Source: Oculina patagonica (lineage: Eukaryota). Taken from it: a stretch of 64,000 nt of DNA. The stretch's first letter is position 1. Every line of letters begins with the position of its first letter. The DNA lies in assembly GCF_052425735.1 (NCBI RefSeq), contig NC_135770.1, forward strand, positions 37,634,001-37,698,000, given 5' to 3'. The notes under the pieces were generated by a model. The model was not told where the DNA came from. It worked only from the letters and a program-made list of their open reading frames with translations, and did not search any database. Made by a program: the position numbers and the translations under genes. Of this stretch, positions 25,477 through 38,500 are shown one piece after another.

Positions 25477-28400
25477 TTAATTCACACCAAAAGGTAGCTT
25501 CTCTCCTTTCAAGCCAGCTTTTAAATTCATCATAACCACCTCCATCATTTTCATTCTTGTGTCGGCTGTTGCTGATCCAAAATGAGGTGTAAAAGTAACA
25601 TTGGACAGTTTTAACAAGGGATGGTCTCTTGGGAGAGGCTCTGGTTCTGTTACATCAAGCGCAGCAGCTCTTATTACTCCATTCTGCAGCGCATTGGTCA
25701 GGTCAGTATGATTGACAACTCCGCCACGTGAAATATTGACCAGTGTTGCTGTTGGTTTCATCAAGGAAAACTCTCTTGCTGTTATCATGTTTGTTGTTTC
25801 GTTTGTTAGAGGAGTGCACAGCACTACAAAGTCAGACTGACGCAAGAGATCTTTTAAGGAATTGCAATACTGAGCACCTGAAAAGGTTCACAAAATTCAG
25901 AATGAAAATGTCCATAAATAACTTAATGGTGACTTGTATTGTCTAGGGCCATAAATTATCCATAACGGCCTCCCAGGCGAATGGATTTTTTCCTAAGACC
26001 CCCTTCCCACCCCTCTAGAAATTCCAATTAAGTTTCATACATTTCCTTAAAGTTTTTGGCCTTTGAGACCCCTCCCACCCCCAGGAATTTCCTATCCCCT
26101 CTGTTGGGGGAGTATGCATTTTAGCCTTGCTACCCACCAGGTTGGTGCTTATTGGTATCTCCGGTTTCCACAGTATATTATAAACATGTATGAAGCAACT
26201 AGGAGTATTTCTACTTTTCCCCCCTCCCCCTGGATGAGGTGCAAGTCCATTGCAGGGTTACCCCAGCATTAAATTTGCTGTTACCCATTTATACACCTGG
26301 GTGGAGAGAGGTACTGTGAGAGTAAAGTGTCTTGCCCAAGAACACAACACAGTGACCCAAGCCATGGCTTGAATCTGAGCTACTCGATCTGGAGTGCAGC
26401 CCATTTTAGAACCATTAGGCCACCATGCCACCACTTGAGTTATAGTAACAGGGTTGACTAGGCATATTTAGGACTTTCGTTGTCGACGACTTACGTGTTT
26501 TTAAACTATTGAGCCAACAGAAATTAATGTCACCCTCTTTTAAATAAAGTACAAATTTATATAAATATCATGAATTGTCATGTACTTTGAACTTAATAAT
26601 AATTTTACTTATTTATAATCATAGACTTCAAATGTTTTGCCTGGATACTCAAGCAATAATAAATAAATGAAATGAAGACAGAATTTGACCATGTTACAAA
26701 CATATTGACCATAAAAATGATCCATTAATGTTAGAGATTTGAATACCTAGGGTCTGTTTATGGAGAAGAGTTTTTCCTGGTGAGAGGGTTACTGTCCCCT
26801 CCCCAAACCAACTTTACCAGCATGAGCCAAAAATGACCCGTTTTACTATATATGCTTATGTATTCAGACTAATTAATGTCCCTGGTATAGGCAAGGGTTA
26901 TCACCCTGTCCAAGAGTGAACTACCCTAAAATTATGGTTATAAACCCTAGGCTTAAATACAACTTTGTAAGGGCTTTTGGATGGGGTTATAAACAGAGGG
27001 GCTAATATCTGGGGGGGGGGGGGAGGGGGTTATAAGTGGAATAAAAATGCTTTCGAAAAACAAGACACGGCAGTGTTGATCGAAATATGTTTTTAAGTTA
27101 AAAAGTCATAATAAAGAAACATTTAGCCCTGTTCAGTACTGTCATCCAGCAAAGTGCCGCTTATATCTGGAAGGGGGGGGGGGGGGGCTTATAACCGGAT
27201 GTATTTTTTGTTTCCAGGTAGATGGGCCTATAACCATGGGGACTTATAACCGGAATTTTACGGTGTGCAATTTGTCATATAGTATCGATGTTAAATAGAA
27301 ACCCAAATTTTTGAAATGTAAATTTCCATCCAAAAATAAGTCTCCCTCAACTACGAGACTATCTGAAAGGGTTGTTGAGTAAATATAACCCATGCCAGGG
27401 CTTGTTTTGGTTATTTTTTATGGTATTACCAGGGAAACCAGGATGTGGGAAAGAATTTGCTTCCCTGGGGCAACCCTTCATACTGTGCTCCAAGACCTGT
27501 CTAGATTAGCATCTGAGAAGAACAAACCATGATCTTACCAAATTGTTTCTCCTTGACTTCTTTCCTGTTCCTACTATAGTATAGAACTTTCATGTCAAAG
27601 CCATTGGCTCGTTTTGCCACAGCACACCCAATCTGACCCAGACCAACAATTCCAATGGTTGATCCACTAACCATGCTACCATAATAGCCATGCAAGTAAG
27701 AAAACTGTAAAGAGGACGAAAAAAAAAGAAAAAAAATTATGGAATACTATCAGGTAAAGAAACTTCCTTGGCATTACACCATTGAAGTTTGTGTCATCCG
27801 GTTTGTATTCTATAAAAAAATGATGTCACCATATTTTGCATTGTATTTGCATTCGACAAAGAAGAACACATACAAATTGTGTCGTTTGTCAGAAATCAGT
27901 CCTGTCCTTTCTATCTTCCTTTCAAGGTCAGTTACATTTTATTTCATTTTATATCCACAGCCCATTCCCCATAGACTAGGTAAGTCAAAGATCAAACTGT
28001 CCACATGATACCCCCCCCCCCCATTTTTACTTACACCCTCAGAAAAAAGCCAACTTTTAACCCTGACCCCTTTAAAATTATACGGAAGATCAAAGCATGC
28101 CAACAGAGCTACTTCCTCAGAAATGACTTTTAAGGCACCTTCAGAAAATCTCGTCTGCAAGTTGGGCGCGGGGGGGGGGGGGGGGGGGGCGGGCGGGAGT
28201 TTACAAAATGAAATGGCCGTCAGTGTACAATTTGTCACAAAAATCTGAACAGCTAGATTGCGTGACCTAATGTGTGACCAGTTTGGTTGCCGGCCAAAAC
28301 ATAGGATTATAGCATCACAGTTTCTTTACTAAAGCCAAGCATACCTGCTTTGTTTCAGGACTTCTAGCAATTCTGTCTCCTTCGACAACATTTCTAGCAG

Positions 28401-28803
28401 AAGCCATCAAAAGAGCGAAAGCCATATCTGCTGTACACTCAGTAAGCACTCCTGGAGTATTTCCCACAGCGATTCCACGTTCATTTGCGGCTGCTATATC
28501 GATATGATTAACACCAACACCAAAATTACTAATAACTTTGAGATTTGGAAATAAATCCATCAACTTTGCGTCGATATGGGAATGACTCATGTAATTCACC
28601 AATCCTTCGACTCTCTGAACAAGCTCATCACTGACATCAGACGGATCAACTGAGATCATATCGAAGTGATCTTCATCTTTATCTACTATTTGTTGTAGTT
28701 GTGGAGGAAGTTTGATGGCGGGAATGCGAGCCACCACAGGTCTTAACCGTTTTTCCATCGAGAAAATGGTGGATACAAGTCTTTTGCAAGAGCGAAACCA
28801 CAT
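25477..28803 (-). CDS. Glyoxylate/hydroxypyruvate (2-ketogluconate) reductase-like D-2-hydroxyacid dehydrogenase, 341 aa, 3 exons
   Basis: Exons 28803-28345, 27704-27539, 25877-25477 (GT-AG, phases 0 and 1). Motifs [20 protein letters not shown] (Rossmann), [33 protein letters not shown] (Arg-Glu-His triad). Confidence 0.93.
26150..26433 (-). mobile_element. tRNA-derived SINE in a dehydrogenase intron
   Basis: Minus strand ggtggcatggtggcctaatggtt (A box), then gttcttgggcaagacactttactctcacagtacctctctccacccaggtgtataaatgggta (conserved SINE core, recall). Confidence 0.7.
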
Positions 28804-28950
28804 TTCTCGTCACGGTCTCCAAATTAGGCAACAATCACGCAACGATTACTTCTCCCCGTCGGGGAGGAGGCAAATATTTTAGACGGGGAGGCACCCCGAC
28901 AAAGACCAAATATAGCGGAATGGCGATAGTATAATGCCCTAACCAACAAA

Positions 28951-29047
28951 TAAAAGCTAACCGCAAGCAAACCGGAGTGAAAGCGTAACCGCAAGCAAAC
29001 CGGAGTAAAAGCTAACCGCAAGCAAACCAGGGTGAAGCTAACCGAAA
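28951..29047. repeat. ~28-bp tandem repeat (3+ copies) upstream of the dehydrogenase start
   Basis: aaagctaaccgcaagcaaaccggagt repeated with small variants. Confidence 0.85.
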
Positions 29048-29477
29048 CTAGTGACATTCCGCCATTCCGCCGAATACGGTTACCTACCATTTTTGACCAC
29101 GTTGTTCACCTAAATAACCGCTTAAAATACTACGATGAATCAACCGTTCGCTGGGTCTGTTCAAGATATTTTGAAATAGGGGCCCTGAAGGGGTAATTTG
29201 GGCAAATTTTCAATGCAAAATGGGATTTTAATTGGGTCACTAGGACTGAGAATCACAAACAAATAAACAATAGAAGGATTTGAAAAATCAGGAAAAGAAC
29301 AGGCCGGGAAATGGGATTTGGACAAAATTTGGGCTGGGAAATTAATGGGATTTTATACCCCCCTCCCCTCTTCAGAACCTTGTTGAAAATCCCTTGGAAA
29401 TAGCTAAAAGACAGTTTCCCCCACCCTTTTCTGTGCTCTTACACGTGAAATTCCTACCCTTTTATACACCAGTCTGA

Positions 29478-29893
29478 GGGCCTCTTCAAGCGGGGCGGAT
29501 TTCAGTTTGTCCTTTGTTCATATGGGAAATTTCAGCCCAGTCACCAAGATGAAAAGTTGTGGCAAGATTAAGCAAAAAAAGTACCGCTAGTATTTCTCGT
29601 TGTTAGAAGTCTTAAAACTCATGAACGAATGATAGAAGTCATCCTGGTCTAGAAAATCGTCGGAACATGCCATAACAATCTAATACTGGCTGTCCCTTCA
29701 CGTAAAAGCTTGTGTATTAAAAAAATTGTCCTCAAAGTAACCGGGATAAAGTGTTCAAATGGGAAAATCTCCAGCCCGGTTACCGGGATCTCGGTAGCCG
29801 GGCTAACCCGCCTCTTATAAACACACCGAAATTTTCACAAAGGAAATGGTGGTAAGGCAAAATCTCTGAAACCGGGCTGATATGAAGAGGCCC
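29478..29893. mobile_element. PIF/Harbinger-like MITE (3-bp TSD)
   Basis: TGA|gggcctcttca...tgaagaggccc|TGA. Confidence 0.7.
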
Positions 29894-31543
29894 TGAAAAA
29901 GGCACCCCGTTCGTGGATGGAGTCTAGCTCCCCGTACAGTCGACTATAGGAAGTACCCCTCCCCCTGAAGGATTACACCTGATTACTCAGCTTGGCGTCA
30001 AGAAAAATTTTTTACAATTTTTCTCTTTGATTTTGTTTTCAACTCGAATAAAAATAATGCTTGAGGTGGGTGGGGCAAGAAAAAATTTAGAGTTTCTTCA
30101 ACCTCGTCTTTGTCTCCTCTTTAAAGATAACGATTGGGCGCCGCATCAGGGCTTGACGGGTAAGGGGAGTGTCTAGGGAAAACACCCCGGAAGTACAAAA
30201 TCACTCGGTGGGGGAATCAAAATTACGATTTATTGTGAGGGGTCCGAGAGAATGTTAGCCGGCATGTTTTTGTTCCGTTGCCTCAGAAACGAAATGGTAG
30301 TGTTTTTTGCTCGCCGGTGAACTATTTACACAGTTGGGGTTTCTATCCAATTAGAAGAACGCTCGTAACCTCAACGTCAACACGTTTTAGCAAATGCAAA
30401 GGCAAACAACCTGGTAAAAACATGTTCTTGAAATATGGAAAAGATAATCGTCAGGAAGATAAAAATATATTGAGATTTGTTGCAAATATTAATATCTGAC
30501 GACTGCAATGCTTTAAAATTCGATTGAAGCGATGTATTGGTGAAAAATTAAAGACATCTCTTTCCATGTTTAATTCCAGATTGTTATGTAAGCATTCTAG
30601 CTATATTTTAATAAAGCAAGAAGATTAACCCATTAAAGAGCGCTTGGAAGAGCAAACATACACAGGATGTTGTGTTTGTTTGCACGGAAGAATTGCCGCT
30701 CAAGGGCAAATTAAATTAAAGGGCAGAGGAAGTTGCTTACTGCTTGGTTACAGGGCCCCAGGATCTTCTCCAAAAATTCACAAACCTACCTCTCCTCAAA
30801 GTTTCCCGCCATTGTTATAGTTCTGCGATCCGGAAACGAAACACTTTTTCTTTTTGAAAAAGATCCTTGTTGAATGTACCGTAATCGTAGAGGTGTATCT
30901 TGAGGAAAGAGATAGAATTTTTGTTGCTGCTGTTTTTATTTTTGGGAGAGGATTTAAGTTGGAGCCGGGGGTTGGTACAGGCTGGTACCTCTTGTTGTGT
31001 ACGAAGACGGCATCAAAAAAACCCATGGCCAGTAAATCGCTAAAAAGTCGCCGTTTTGAGCCACAAGGACGACAAAGCACAAAGATTGAGGTAACTTGAC
31101 GTTTGTTTTGATCTAAAATGTGAATTTTACAGAATATTACTCGTAACAGTTCATGCCAATTGGAACGTTTCGGTATTTAAACATTTCCTATATAATCGGA
31201 AAATTTTAAAAGGTCTCACACTTAGTGTGTGTGTGTGGGCGCCCTGTGAAAAAAGATTTCGTTTCGAACTCTGACGTCAAAGGTGAAGCATGCACAGCAA
31301 AGCACGTTTCAGCGTCACTGTCAGCTGACTTTCAAAATAGTTTCAACACTTACACGTACTAAAGAGGACTAAGAGAAGATCGACATATCGTCCTCTCTTG
31401 CACGTACACAAGCATCCTGTATATTGAACAGGATATTGAGTGGAACAGTTCATATTCAACTGATTAGGCTCCGTTAAATCAAGCATTTCGGACATCTCTA
31501 TCCTTGTTAATTTGAGCTGAGTACAGACGTGTGGGCCGAAATC

Positions 31544-32503
31544 ATGAATATTTCCTCAAACGGGTCCGAATCAAGCCCGGAGTCGAGCACGGATGATTGT
31601 CTGTTGCCCGTGGCTCACATAATTGCGTTAATTCCAATCAATATTCTGTCAAGCATCATTGGAACTATTGGTAACGCTTTGGTGATCGCAACAGTTTACA
31701 CGAACACAAGTCTACGGATTATCTCTAACTTTTGGCTGGCGAGCATGGCCGTTGCCGATTTGATGGTCACTGCTCTGGGGCAGCCTCTACTCGTGGCCTT
31801 CTGGGGAATACAAGTGACTGGTGAATGCAACGAGCCAGTATCAGAGACATTTCGCCTTGTTGGCAACATGTCGTGTTCCGCTTCAGTTCTTCACTTGTGT
31901 TTTATCAGCATCGATCGCTGCATTCTGATTGTCCGACCCCTAGATTGCAAATCAATTCGTACAATAAAAAGATTCAAAATCGTCTTGTTCTTCGCCTGGG
32001 CTGTACCGGTAATTTATGGCGTTTTGCGTATGACCGTCAGCAAGAAGGCGACATCTTATTTCACAGTCATTGCCGCTGCTCTCTGCTACTTGATCATCAT
32101 TTCCTGCTACACCTTAATCATAATTAAAGTCTGGAACCGTAGAACGGAAACTCTGAAAGGGTCAGTACGTAGTCACGCAAGACAAGGTGCGTCACACTTG
32201 GTTGAACGTCGCGTGACAGTCACCGTGGCCATTGTCGTAGTTGTTTTCACAGTCTGTTGGATTCCACTGATGTACCTTCGCAGTGCGTATGCTGAGAGTA
32301 ATGTTGGCGTGGCGTACAACTGGGCAAGGACACTGGCTTTGAGCAATTCAGCAATGAATCCATGGATCTATTGCTTTCGCATGGAAGAGTTTCGTGCTGC
32401 CTACAAAAAACTGCTGAAGTGCGGCTTGGGACCTATCGTGCGCAACTCAAGCGATCAGTATGAACTTAACAAGGCAACGTCAAGTGAAGGAGGCACAGCA
32501 TAG
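31544..32503 (+). CDS. Class A orphan GPCR, paralogue of 12946-13926, single exon, 319 aa
   Basis: First ATG at 31544 (MNISSNGS, N-glycosylation sequons); GNALV, ADL, SIDRC, CWIP, NSAMNPWIY; long stretches identical to GPCR1. Confidence 0.95.
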   Translation: MNISSNGSESSPESSTDDCLLPVAHIIALIPINILSSIIGTIGNALVIATVYTNTSLRIISNFWLASMAVADLMVTALGQPLLVAFWGIQVTGECNEPVSETFRLVGNMSCSASVLHLCFISIDRCILIVRPLDCKSIRTIKRFKIVLFFAWAVPVIYGVLRMTVSKKATSYFTVIAAALCYLIIISCYTLIIIKVWNRRTETLKGSVRSHARQGASHLVERRVTVTVAIVVVVFTVCWIPLMYLRSAYAESNVGVAYNWARTLALSNSAMNPWIYCFRMEEFRAAYKKLLKCGLGPIVRNSSDQYELNKATSSEGGTA

Positions 32504-32587
32504 ATTCCTCCCTTTGATAGTCTATGATTTGAGTCATAGCACCATGCAGCAGCTTGATGGAGAGAGTTGCGTGACACTTTGATGCCT

Positions 32588-32633
32588 CAGGTAGCGCAGT
32601 TGCGTGACCTGAGTCACGCAACTGCGCTACCTG
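32588..32633. repeat. Perfect 21-bp inverted repeat with a 4-nt loop downstream of the GPCR2 stop
   Basis: caggtagcgcagttgcgtgac-ctga-gtcacgcaactgcgctacctg. Confidence 0.9.
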
Positions 32634-33035
32634 CGACGGCCCATGGTGCTCGAGCAGGAGAGAGTTGCGTGACTATCCTAATGATCGAATACAATTATAG
32701 GTTATGGTTATACAATTATAGGTTATGGTTATTATAGAGGCTAAGCTCTTAGCTTCGTATTGAGTCAACTGAGCCGTCCCTACCCCGATACGAGAGAATT
32801 AAGGACAGCAGGAGTCACCTAGTTAGTAATGAGAATAACGCAAATCATCAGCTGATTGTCTTGACGTATCACCAAACTTACACAACGGTTTATTTTTTGT
32901 TAGCTTTTAAGTTTGCACTTGTTTAATCACCCCATGATTTTTGGTTTGCTCACTATCTTAATAGAATATACAAGGTAAATAAACAGACCACAGGGATGAC
33001 AAATAGTCCCTGTGTTTTTGATCGATTTGAACAAA

Positions 33036-33329
33036 TAGAGCGTTTTCACTTGAGTGTCGAAAGTGATTCGAGTTCGCTTTGATTTTGCATTACTACCTTA
33101 GCATGCCTTAGTAATCGGTTTAAATAAACTCGCGCCACTTTCTCAACCAATCAGAAGTAAGACCAAAATCAATCCTGACTCCCTCACACACGTTTTCCCG
33201 CGCTTCGCGCCGGCTACATGTATTTATCTCGAGTTTTGATTGGTTCACTTGATTGTCTGTGTCCTCAGTGATTGGCCAGAGTGATAACTTGGGTTTTTCG
33301 TTTTACAACACTCATCGAAAATCGCTCTA
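33036..33329. mobile_element. Copy of the tagagcggttttca MITE
   Basis: Colinear with 20521-20805; both termini present. Confidence 0.85.
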
Positions 33330-33350
33330 AAGCGCTCAGTGGTCACGCAA

Positions 33351-33738
33351 CAGGGGCACCCATCGAGAATATAGTTCAAAACCACTTAACACTGTTGAAC
33401 GTATTTTAGTATTTAAACGGTAGATATAGGCATATTTTTATCCCCTAAAATTTTTTTATCTGTTCGGATTTCCTAGCGAAAGTCTAGTGATCCGAAAGTT
33501 ATAGGGACAAAACACCTTTTTGAAAATTCCAGCCAGAGAAAGGCCCCGAAAATTCTAGGTGACCTTTTTAGAGTAAAAAATCCGTTAAAAATGAACAATT
33601 ATACCATTTTTTTAGATATTCGAAAATCCTAGGAAAGGCAGGCAAGCAAAAAAATTTACAATGAATGTTCCGAAAATTCTAGATCTCAAATCGTCTTCCG
33701 AACAGATTTTTAACGAAATATTCCGTTGGGTGCCCCTG
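33351..33738. mobile_element. MITE with CAGGGGCACCCA TIR and 6-bp TSD
   Basis: ACGCAA|caggggcaccca...tgggtgcccctg|ACGCAA. Confidence 0.75.
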
Positions 33739-35586
33739 ACGCAACCTCACCTAAAGCTCATGCTTGTCAGTAAATGAATGATAATATACATATCGTGTTT
33801 TGGCCAACGTTTTAAAAGAACACAGTTTTGCTTGTACAAAAAAAAACAACATATTGGTACTGAAGGACAGGAAAAACAGAACATCTTGGGAATTTTAGAA
33901 GCCATTGTATTTTTCGTTGAAAATATTTTAAAAATTTTGCATTTCGAAAAGTAATTGCAATTGCTATTGCTACAGACAGGTGTACAATATTATGTGACTA
34001 ATATGTAGAGAGATAAACAATACAGAGGAAATAAAAGAGCATATCAAGATCGTTAGTAAATATTTTCAAAACATATTTAAAACTAGTATCTGAGTAAACA
34101 TGTAGCAAAAGGTGCTTTCCTTTTCGCGCGTAGCCTTTCTTCGGTATCGACGCCAAATGACGCGCGCGGAAAATAACGTTTAAGTACACTTTGCGTCTGA
34201 TGAAGGGGTCATTCCCGAACTTTTAACGTACCACAAAAAATATGAAGGATCTAAGCAAAAAAGAGCTGTTGTTTTGCTTTACAAGAAACGGGTTTATGGG
34301 TACGTTATTTCCAAAGAAAAGGAGTACAAAAATTGATGTGAGCTGATCGTTATAAGAAAAATGCAAAGAAAAGCAACTTAGCACAAGTAGAATAAACTAT
34401 AGCTATTAACTAAAATTTTTGCCATTTTTGAGATGCCACTTTAAAATCAGCTCCATTCAATTCATGGTCCGGAAAAACACTTGACTCGCCCATTTCAATT
34501 TATGTGGATTACATACAATGGCTGGACTCTTTAAAAACAGGAACTGCAATTAACAAAACCTTTTATAACACCGCATAACTAAAATACAGTACAATATCTT
34601 AATTGAACTGACGTAATCGTGAAAGAACCAAAATTATTTTGTGTTTTGCGCTACTCCACAAACAACCGAGTCCGGCAGTGAAGTTCTATTTTTATATATA
34701 ACGCCAACTCGTCTTTTTCGTAAACAAAACTTGTCTAGATTTTAGTTTGATAAATTGGGGAAATACACAACAAGTGCAGAAAGAGGAACTTTTAATTTGT
34801 TGTTACTCACTGAGTAAAAATCGGCCAAGATAGATAGATAGAAACTGTATTAAGAATGTCATCAACCACCTAGCTGGGGAAATAACTAGATATTGCTTGA
34901 GATCTTGTTTAAACAATTTGCTATTTCCCAGAAAGGTAGAAAAGCACGGTCTATTATTTTTAAGTCCATTTAACTTAAGCTGAAGGCAATATTGAGTGAT
35001 ATTTAGTATGGCGGAATATCAACAGACGTGATATATTGTTTATGATCTGGATATTTTTTTTATATACGATATTATTTTAACTTTGCTTCAGCAAGGGCGA
35101 GTAATAAAAGAAAAGTATTGTAATATCATTACTTACTAAAACTTGTGTCCAGTTTTTTAAATCTGGCATACAATTTTTTTTAATGGACGGAATGTATAAG
35201 CGATCATCTGATACCTATAGAAGCAAATTGAATAACCCTAGAACCCAACAAAAGACTGGGAGCAGTGAAATATAGCATTCATGTTTCTCGGCCAATCAGA
35301 TTGCAGTAATAAAAAAAGGGGAGCAATTTGTTAACTTCCCTTATTTTAAATTAATCCATTACCTCGGTAACTATAAGGACTACACTTATCTTAAAAGCAT
35401 TCAACCCGAAATCAGCAAACCGGAACAGTCAATAGGATAAATTCTCACAAAATTAACCCGCATTTAAACACACTGCCGGAGAGCTGAGAGCGTTCATTCA
35501 TCATCAGTCGGTGAGCTGTCGTTGTCCACGAAGCAGAGGACTTAGAAACAGTTTGTTCGGTACTAATTTCATAAATAGTCGCAATA

Positions 35587-38500
35587 ATGTCGCTCTTGTA
35601 TTTTTTTGAGACAAGTCTTGAGTACCATGGTTTGACTTCGAAGCAACTTTATCAGTTGTGGCTGAAACATGCTGGGGCAGCGTTTAAATTGTACGAGCAA
35701 GGTATAATGAAATACGCGTTCAAGGTAGGTCCATCAAACAAACTTACCTCATTGTGTATGAGTATTGTGCTGGCCATTTGGAAAATACTCAGATATTTTA
35801 TTGCACCGAGAGATCGATCTGATATCTAAACTCCTTATACAATCTCGTCTACTGAGGGTTTGTATTACTGTACCTTTGCAAAACATGATGTTACAATCAC
35901 ACGTAGTATTGTTTGAGAGGATTGGTACTGATATTTATTTTTTGCATTCGATGCATTTTTATCTCAAATTTTTTTTAGCTCAGTCTAACCAGTATTGCTC
36001 GGGAGATAGGTCGGTTATATTTTATGAATTTTTTAGTCAAGTATACTATCCAACGGACTGAAATCGAATGTTATTTAAATCATGATAAAGAGATTTTCTT
36101 GTCATATTTTATAAACCTCACAATGTTAAGTCAACTTATTATCACATGGCCAGAAATTCCGGTCAACGCCACGGCGCACGCGCGAGTTTAATTGGCAATA
36201 TGGCCGCCAAACACTCAAAGGAAATGTATGAGAGAAATAAAACAAAATAAAACAGAGCAAGTTCTGGCCTACCGGGAACAAGTGCCGCCCTCTTCTCGAG
36301 TTCTTGAAAGGTCCTTCGGCTATTCTGATTAGTTTTTTTTCATCAACAAATGATACTGGCCCTGCTTTTTATCGATGTTTATTTTCGAAGCTTGGCTCAT
36401 ACAACGCTCTATATTTCAGAGGCTTGAAATCCAATATTTGCATCCCAAGCAGATTTTGATCCGCCGTAGCAGATAACATTCGCTGAATATCCCAAGTGCC
36501 GCCCTCGTTTGAGGATAAGCACCGTATGATGTACTATTTCGCCAATTTTCACCTTCGGTGCTGATTTCTTCGTCCTGCTTTTTGCTTTTAAAAATCTCGT
36601 AAATCGTCGAAAAGCAAACCAGGCGGCAGTCCATGTTGAAATCCAAAATCCGCTGTCTTTGAACTGCGATATTTCAGCCGTCTTTGCTCCAATTTTGCTG
36701 CAAAAGCCATCGTTTGAAAGATCTTTTGCTCCATTATTTTTATCGTGCAATACTTTTGACCAGTGGTTTCCCTACTACACAAAATATTCATCTATGTAGG
36801 CCTCATTCTTGTGTCTTCCTCGATATTTATGAGCCCAAAGTCACGCTTTTGAATCAGCGGCTATTACCAACTTTCGTGACCGCTAAATGTACGATGCATC
36901 AAAATTCGCCGAATCCGATGTCCGCGATTTCTGGCCATGATTCGAATCTGACGAGTATGCAGGAAACACCCGAAGAGTTAATGCCACAGAAGTGATTATC
37001 ATGATTATGTACCCTTCGATTAACGCGCAGTATTTCAAGAAGGTCTTAATGGAACTGATTTCATCCGTTGAATGACAGTTAAAAATTTGTGTCAGTTTCC
37101 CATCCAAGGTAAATAACCACAGGAAGAAATTGACAATGATCAATATTTTTAAATGCATTCCAAAGTAAAAATCCTTTTATTAACAACCGGAATTCGCGCG
37201 GGGGCTCCTGGACGCGGTGCTGCAGACCCGAGGAAGACGTATTGTCTTTGCAGCTGACTGCTTTCCGACAGTAATCAACTGTTATCCGACTGTGCCCGAC
37301 TGGTCCTCGAATACCCTTCAACTTGGCTCGACTGTACCCGAATCTTCCTAGAATGCACCCAAATGTTCATGAGTGTTGCCTGCCAACTTTGCATGCCCAG
37401 TTTAAATTAAGTCCTGAGCTTTGTCGCGAGCCGGATAGAAAAAAAAGTGTCGCTGCGTTGTTCGAATAAATTGACTCGAAATTAATGGAAAATTTTGGGT
37501 AACAATGCGCAGCCATTTCTCTCTGATAATCGTTGTATTGTACGTCGGCAAAAATCTTTATCAATATCGAAAATTGAGGTGTTGATATTATGTTTAGCAT
37601 ATCCTGAATTTTTTGTATGACTAAATAATATAATGTTTGCAGCAGTACTGTCTATACACTACGTTGCTACTCCTAAAATATAGTTCATTTTTCTGATCTT
37701 GGATGTGGAATTAAGAGCATGAAAATAAATCCTTTTAAACTTTTTTTTCTCGGTTACGGCGTGAAGTTAATTAAATTACACGCATTGGGAAAACATCTAC
37801 GCTCACTCTAGACCACTCTATCGATTCACCGTAAGCTGGTGAATCAATTTCCGAATTTTCCGTTACTCTTTCATGTTCCTCTTAAAAGTGTTTATACTGT
37901 CTTATGTTGCTTCTTAGTACAAGAAAAAAACTCAACATTGATGACGATTGCCCGGGGGGGGGGGAAACTCCTTTATGAAACGGACGGGGATGCTCGTCGG
38001 AAATTTTGAAAAGAACCCCTAAAAGAGACCAACCTGGGTGTGGCTCAAGCTTCTCTTGATCCCTAAAAGATACCAAAAAAACTAAGAATAGAATTTATAT
38101 TTGTATTTTTCTTCGTGTGTAACCCTAAACGAGACCATATCAGAAAAAAATCTTGACATGCCTTGGTAGAAAGAAAGATTCTTACAATCTATGATTGTCG
38201 TGCTATCCCTCCATTGTCGTTTCCTTAATAAACTATACCTGAGTACTTGCCCGGATTTTTTTTAAAAAAACATAATTCTTTAACTCCTATTTTCCCTACA
38301 TTTTATTGTTATCGTTTTTCTTTTTTACAGATATCTGGAGAAAGAAACGTCCTTGGCGGTAATTAGAGAACATTATTTTAATAAACATAAGCTCATCAAC
38401 ATCAAGGAATAAATTGATGGGGTGGGTGGAATAAATTCTCCCTTTGATTTACCAACACACACAGGGCAAGTTGGAAGGACAAACTAAAAATTTATCAGAA

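Noticed and set aside
28951-29047. Short direct repeats resembling a CRISPR array
   Set aside because: No unique spacers and eukaryotic context; a simple minisatellite.
34191-34225. Hammerhead-like CTGATGA-agggg...ccc-GAAC
   Set aside because: Lacks GAAA, a cleavage triplet and a stem I partner; at best a decayed copy.
35990-37650. GC-richer block with several overlapping short ORFs in intron 1 of paralogue B
   Set aside because: Probably a repeat insertion, but only a weak ~10-bp TIR, no TSD and no recognisable protein; boundaries unsupported.
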